From the NCBI GenBank assembly GCA_965644265.1, contig OZ286472.1, forward strand, positions 11,284,001-11,348,000: a DNA stretch of 64,000 nucleotides. Direction: 5' to 3'. A program made the position numbers and the translations under genes. Below, piece by piece: positions 60,926 to 64,000 of this stretch. The notes under the pieces are model-generated. The model searched no databases. It was not told the origin of the DNA and saw only the letters and a program-made list of their open reading frames with translations. Every line of letters begins with the position of its first letter. Position 1 is the stretch's first letter. The DNA comes from Glycera tridactyla (Eukaryota).

Positions 60926-61590
60926 AGCCACACCATATCAGCTGCAGTTGTTATAGAGAACAAATCTCAAAGGCCAAGTTGTGACCTGAAACCATGATAA
61001 CACTCGATGGCATCCCATCGTTGCCGTGTGTTGATAATTCGTGTGTTGATAATTCGACAGCAGTAGCATCATAAAGACAACTGGGAAAACACGCAGCTCG
61101 GGGAATCCCCTTGATATCATTTAACTTTATCTCAAGTCAATATTTACAGCATGGCGAGATGCGATTTACAATTCCCCCAAGAGCAGTGCAAACAGTCTTC
61201 TAAACAGGTTGATGTGGTGTCGAGCAGTCAATGGTGCTCTCAGATACTGTAAGATGATCCCAGTCATTGGTGCATCTTATTTTCATCTCGTTGCGATTGA
61301 TTAACATTATTAGCTGAATAGGAGTGAGCTAGCGGAGAGAGAGAGGGATGTAACCCCTCCTCTAGATCTAGATTGCATCACAATCGATTTTACGCACTTT
61401 CTACAAAAGATGAATATTCATACTCATGTTACCCGGAAAAAAGTGTCTACTTGTCGATTTGACTTGCATCACTCAACTGATTTTATTCAGTATTTTTCAT
61501 TTGTTGAATAGCATCTAACTCACTCTCCGGGAGAAGAAATAATGATGGAAATACATGCCAATTGTTCTTACACCATTATTCTTTCAAATA

Positions 61591-61768
61591 CAGTGAAACC
61601 TGTCTTGGGAGACCACTCTTTTGGGAGACCAGCCTCTAATGGGAGACCGTTCTTTATCAGCTCTTCTCTATTTGACATAGTCAAATATACCTCCAACGAG
61701 AGACCACCTCTCTTGAGAGACCACTTTTTGTTGGCATTTGGGGCGGTCTCCCAAGACAGGTTTTACTG
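61591..61768. mobile_element. MITE family B, complete; close relative of 20189-20364
   Basis: Same TIRs (one mismatch), TA flanks, and internal TATTTGAC-ATA-GTCAAATA hairpin. Confidence 0.92.
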
Positions 61769-61812
61769 TAATAGATAGATCTTCATAAAAGGGAGTTCTA
61801 TAATCAGGATAA

Positions 61813-62028
61813 CAGGGCTCAATGTTGCTACTGGTGAGTAGCCAGTGGCAACCAAATTTACCTTCTGGCCAACAAAATTTTAAAGTTAGGAGCCAGCCAC
61901 CCCTAAAATTTGAAAGGTTGTTATTGGAAATGTACAGACTGACTAGCAAAATTTCGCATTTGCTACCAAAGAAATGTCAACTTAGCAGCCAGTTGGCTCC
62001 CAAATATTTTGGCCAACGTAGAGCCCTG
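61813..62028. mobile_element. Non-autonomous TIR element with CAGGGCTC ends (hAT-like)
   Basis: CAGGGCTCAATGTTG versus the reverse complement of CAACGTAGAGCCCTG gives 13/15 identity. No 8-bp TSD seen. Confidence 0.5.
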
Positions 62029-62719
62029 AATGTCATTCTTGCTTTGACTTTTTGAACTCCTCATCCATTAATTTCTTTCATTCATTAACTAGATTAGATA
62101 ATGTGAAATAATTATGTACCACATTCTCATGGCATTCAGGAAATGGTGGATTCCATCAAAGAAAATCATTGGATTCTCTCAAGCATTCATAATTTGGCTC
62201 AGTGTAGCACATAATGAATAATCTGTGTCAACAAATTTGGTGTAAAAAGGGACTTCTGTTGATTAGATTTGTGAGAAATTGCTTTATCATGAAATACTCA
62301 ATGATTTACAACCCATGAATCAGCTACAAACTGCCAAATCTGTGCTTGTTAGTTCAAATGTGGATATCTCATGAGATTTTCAAGACAGCCTGAGTCAAGC
62401 AATTACATTCCAAGAGCAAGCACATTTCCTGCAAAATTACCCCCAGTCCTTCACAAATATAACCTGGAACCAGCGATTACCTATATAGGTAGGGCAGTCT
62501 GGGATATCTGAGGGGGTTCTTAGTCACAAGTTCCACTGTGATCCGATTTCTTTACTGGGTTCTTGACAGTATAATACAGTGGGCAGGGTTTGGTTTGATT
62601 TGGTTGAGGTTCAGTGGCATATATATCAATGCAGAGGATTTTGTATGCTATGTGAATAGATGATCTCTCCCATGCAAGCATCACTCTCACACACCCTGAA
62701 CACAAGTTGATGGAGAACC

Positions 62720-63210
62720 TGAAACGTTGTCAAAATTAGGCCTAATTATATGGAGTGTGGGGATTCCATGATTGAAGGGGGACGAATGATGGAATGGTAG
62801 GTGCACACCTATCCAAGATGGGATGTATACTCCGCCCTTGCATCATGTCAAGAAGAGGAATGTTATCCTGTCAGATGCAGAGATTTCACCGTAATTAATG
62901 TTCAAATATCACCCCAATTGTGGCATGGATGGTCAGGTTGCATGTGGCGTACCATGATCTCACACGGACATTAGTCAAAGCATCCTTCTTATTGGACGCT
63001 TGCATGATGATGCGTCAGTTATTACTTCATAGGCGGGGATATTATTCTCTATATGCTGATGCTCTCCAGTTAAGAATGCCACATTCTCCTCCAGCGGAAA
63101 TTAGTCTTGGTAGGCCTTGTTAAAAATTAGAGAGCCGGCCTTTCAATGGCGTTGCTCTGAAAATGGAGTCACTATAGCTCAATTACGAGCAAACTGTTAT
63201 TCTGTGTTTA
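62720..63210 (+). pseudogene. Decayed L2-type LINE reverse transcriptase fragment
   Basis: QVACGVP* at 62934-62957, then LYADALQL (YAD at 63052), then *LNYEQT at 63175-63195 in the same frame. These resemble CGVPQG, YADDTQL and KLNxxKT at plausible spacing. Confidence 0.6.
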
Positions 63211-64000
63211 CTTTGTGTATTGAAAAATGGTGCTCTTTTAACCCCAACATCACCTGATATATGATGTCTTTTATCACTTTCACCATTGTGTATAACCACT
63301 CACTATCTTGCAACTTACCAAATGTTGGGCATCAACTTGATTTTACAATGGGGGGGGGGGGATGATATTGGATTAATTGCGTAGAAAATGTTGTCAGATT
63401 GTCATAATCTCTTCATGCTGTCTCAATCAGTTTTCCAATTATATTATGTTTTTATCATTTATCTTTGCTTTGAGTTTAGTTCTAATGCTTATATTCATGC
63501 TACCTTGTGAGGGAGAAGAAATAGCTCTCTTAGCTAAGTGAGGGGAAACATCGAGATCAAATCAAACTGAGCAATATCTGTTTTCTCAGGTTTTTTTTTG
63601 ATGGATTGATCATCTGAGATCTTGTATTTCTGTGTTGTAAGTTTACCGTTTTGCTCTCAAAGGGGGGAAGATATCGTCGCATGGACATCCCCCACAAGAG
63701 TCTAAATAAAATTTTCAAACTTCAAACCTGTGATGTGAGAGATTTTATACAGTACATTCTTCCCAGGATATGTTCAAAATGATCCTTTTTGAAAGATCCA
63801 TAGCTCAAAAAGAGTTCTTTGTCATCACACATTTTTTTTAAAGTGCATTCTGAAAAAGGTGTGAAGGGGTTATTTGTAATTATGAGAAGGTGCTACAGGG
63901 TCAGATTCAAAATAATGGACCAGGGTTCGCCCCTGAACATCTAGAGATGCTTAAAAACCCCGGATGGATGTGATAACCATACAAATGGTGAGTTCATTAC

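Noticed and set aside
344-61120. ORF-track peptides such as CVCVCV, HTHTHT, RRRR, EREREE, SLSLSL and VLMAVVL repeats
   Set aside because: They are translations of microsatellites or minisatellites, not genes.

Overview
Animal (probably marine invertebrate) genomic DNA, AT-rich, with nine N-gaps and no confidently identifiable host gene, tRNA, rRNA or CRISPR array. The window is dominated by mobile DNA. (1) An apparently intact CR1/L2-group LINE (+, 30801-34820; 993-codon APE-RT ORF; AATAAA plus poly(A)) whose RT carries a ~47-aa in-frame insertion just before YADD. It sits in one copy of a ~4.5-kb near-identical tandem duplication (28303-36846 / 36847-~41372), and the other copy shows the empty site. 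(2) A second LINE of the same group (-, ~49893-53700) whose ORF2 starts with a 2A (StopGo) peptide, overlaps an upstream ORF through ATGA, and has one frameshift. Its tail is fused to a truncated copy of a sister subfamily, and both share a conserved long 3'UTR stem. (3) A Penelope GIY-YIG fragment ending in a decayed hammerhead ribozyme, a decayed L2-type RT, and an orphan decayed 2A. (4) At least 14 TA-flanked CAGT-ended pogo/Tc1-type MITEs, one nested and one with a filled/empty site pair, plus two CAGGGCT-ended elements and many micro/minisatellites and poly-C/G tracts. All alignments and counts were done by eye; family names come from motifs only.
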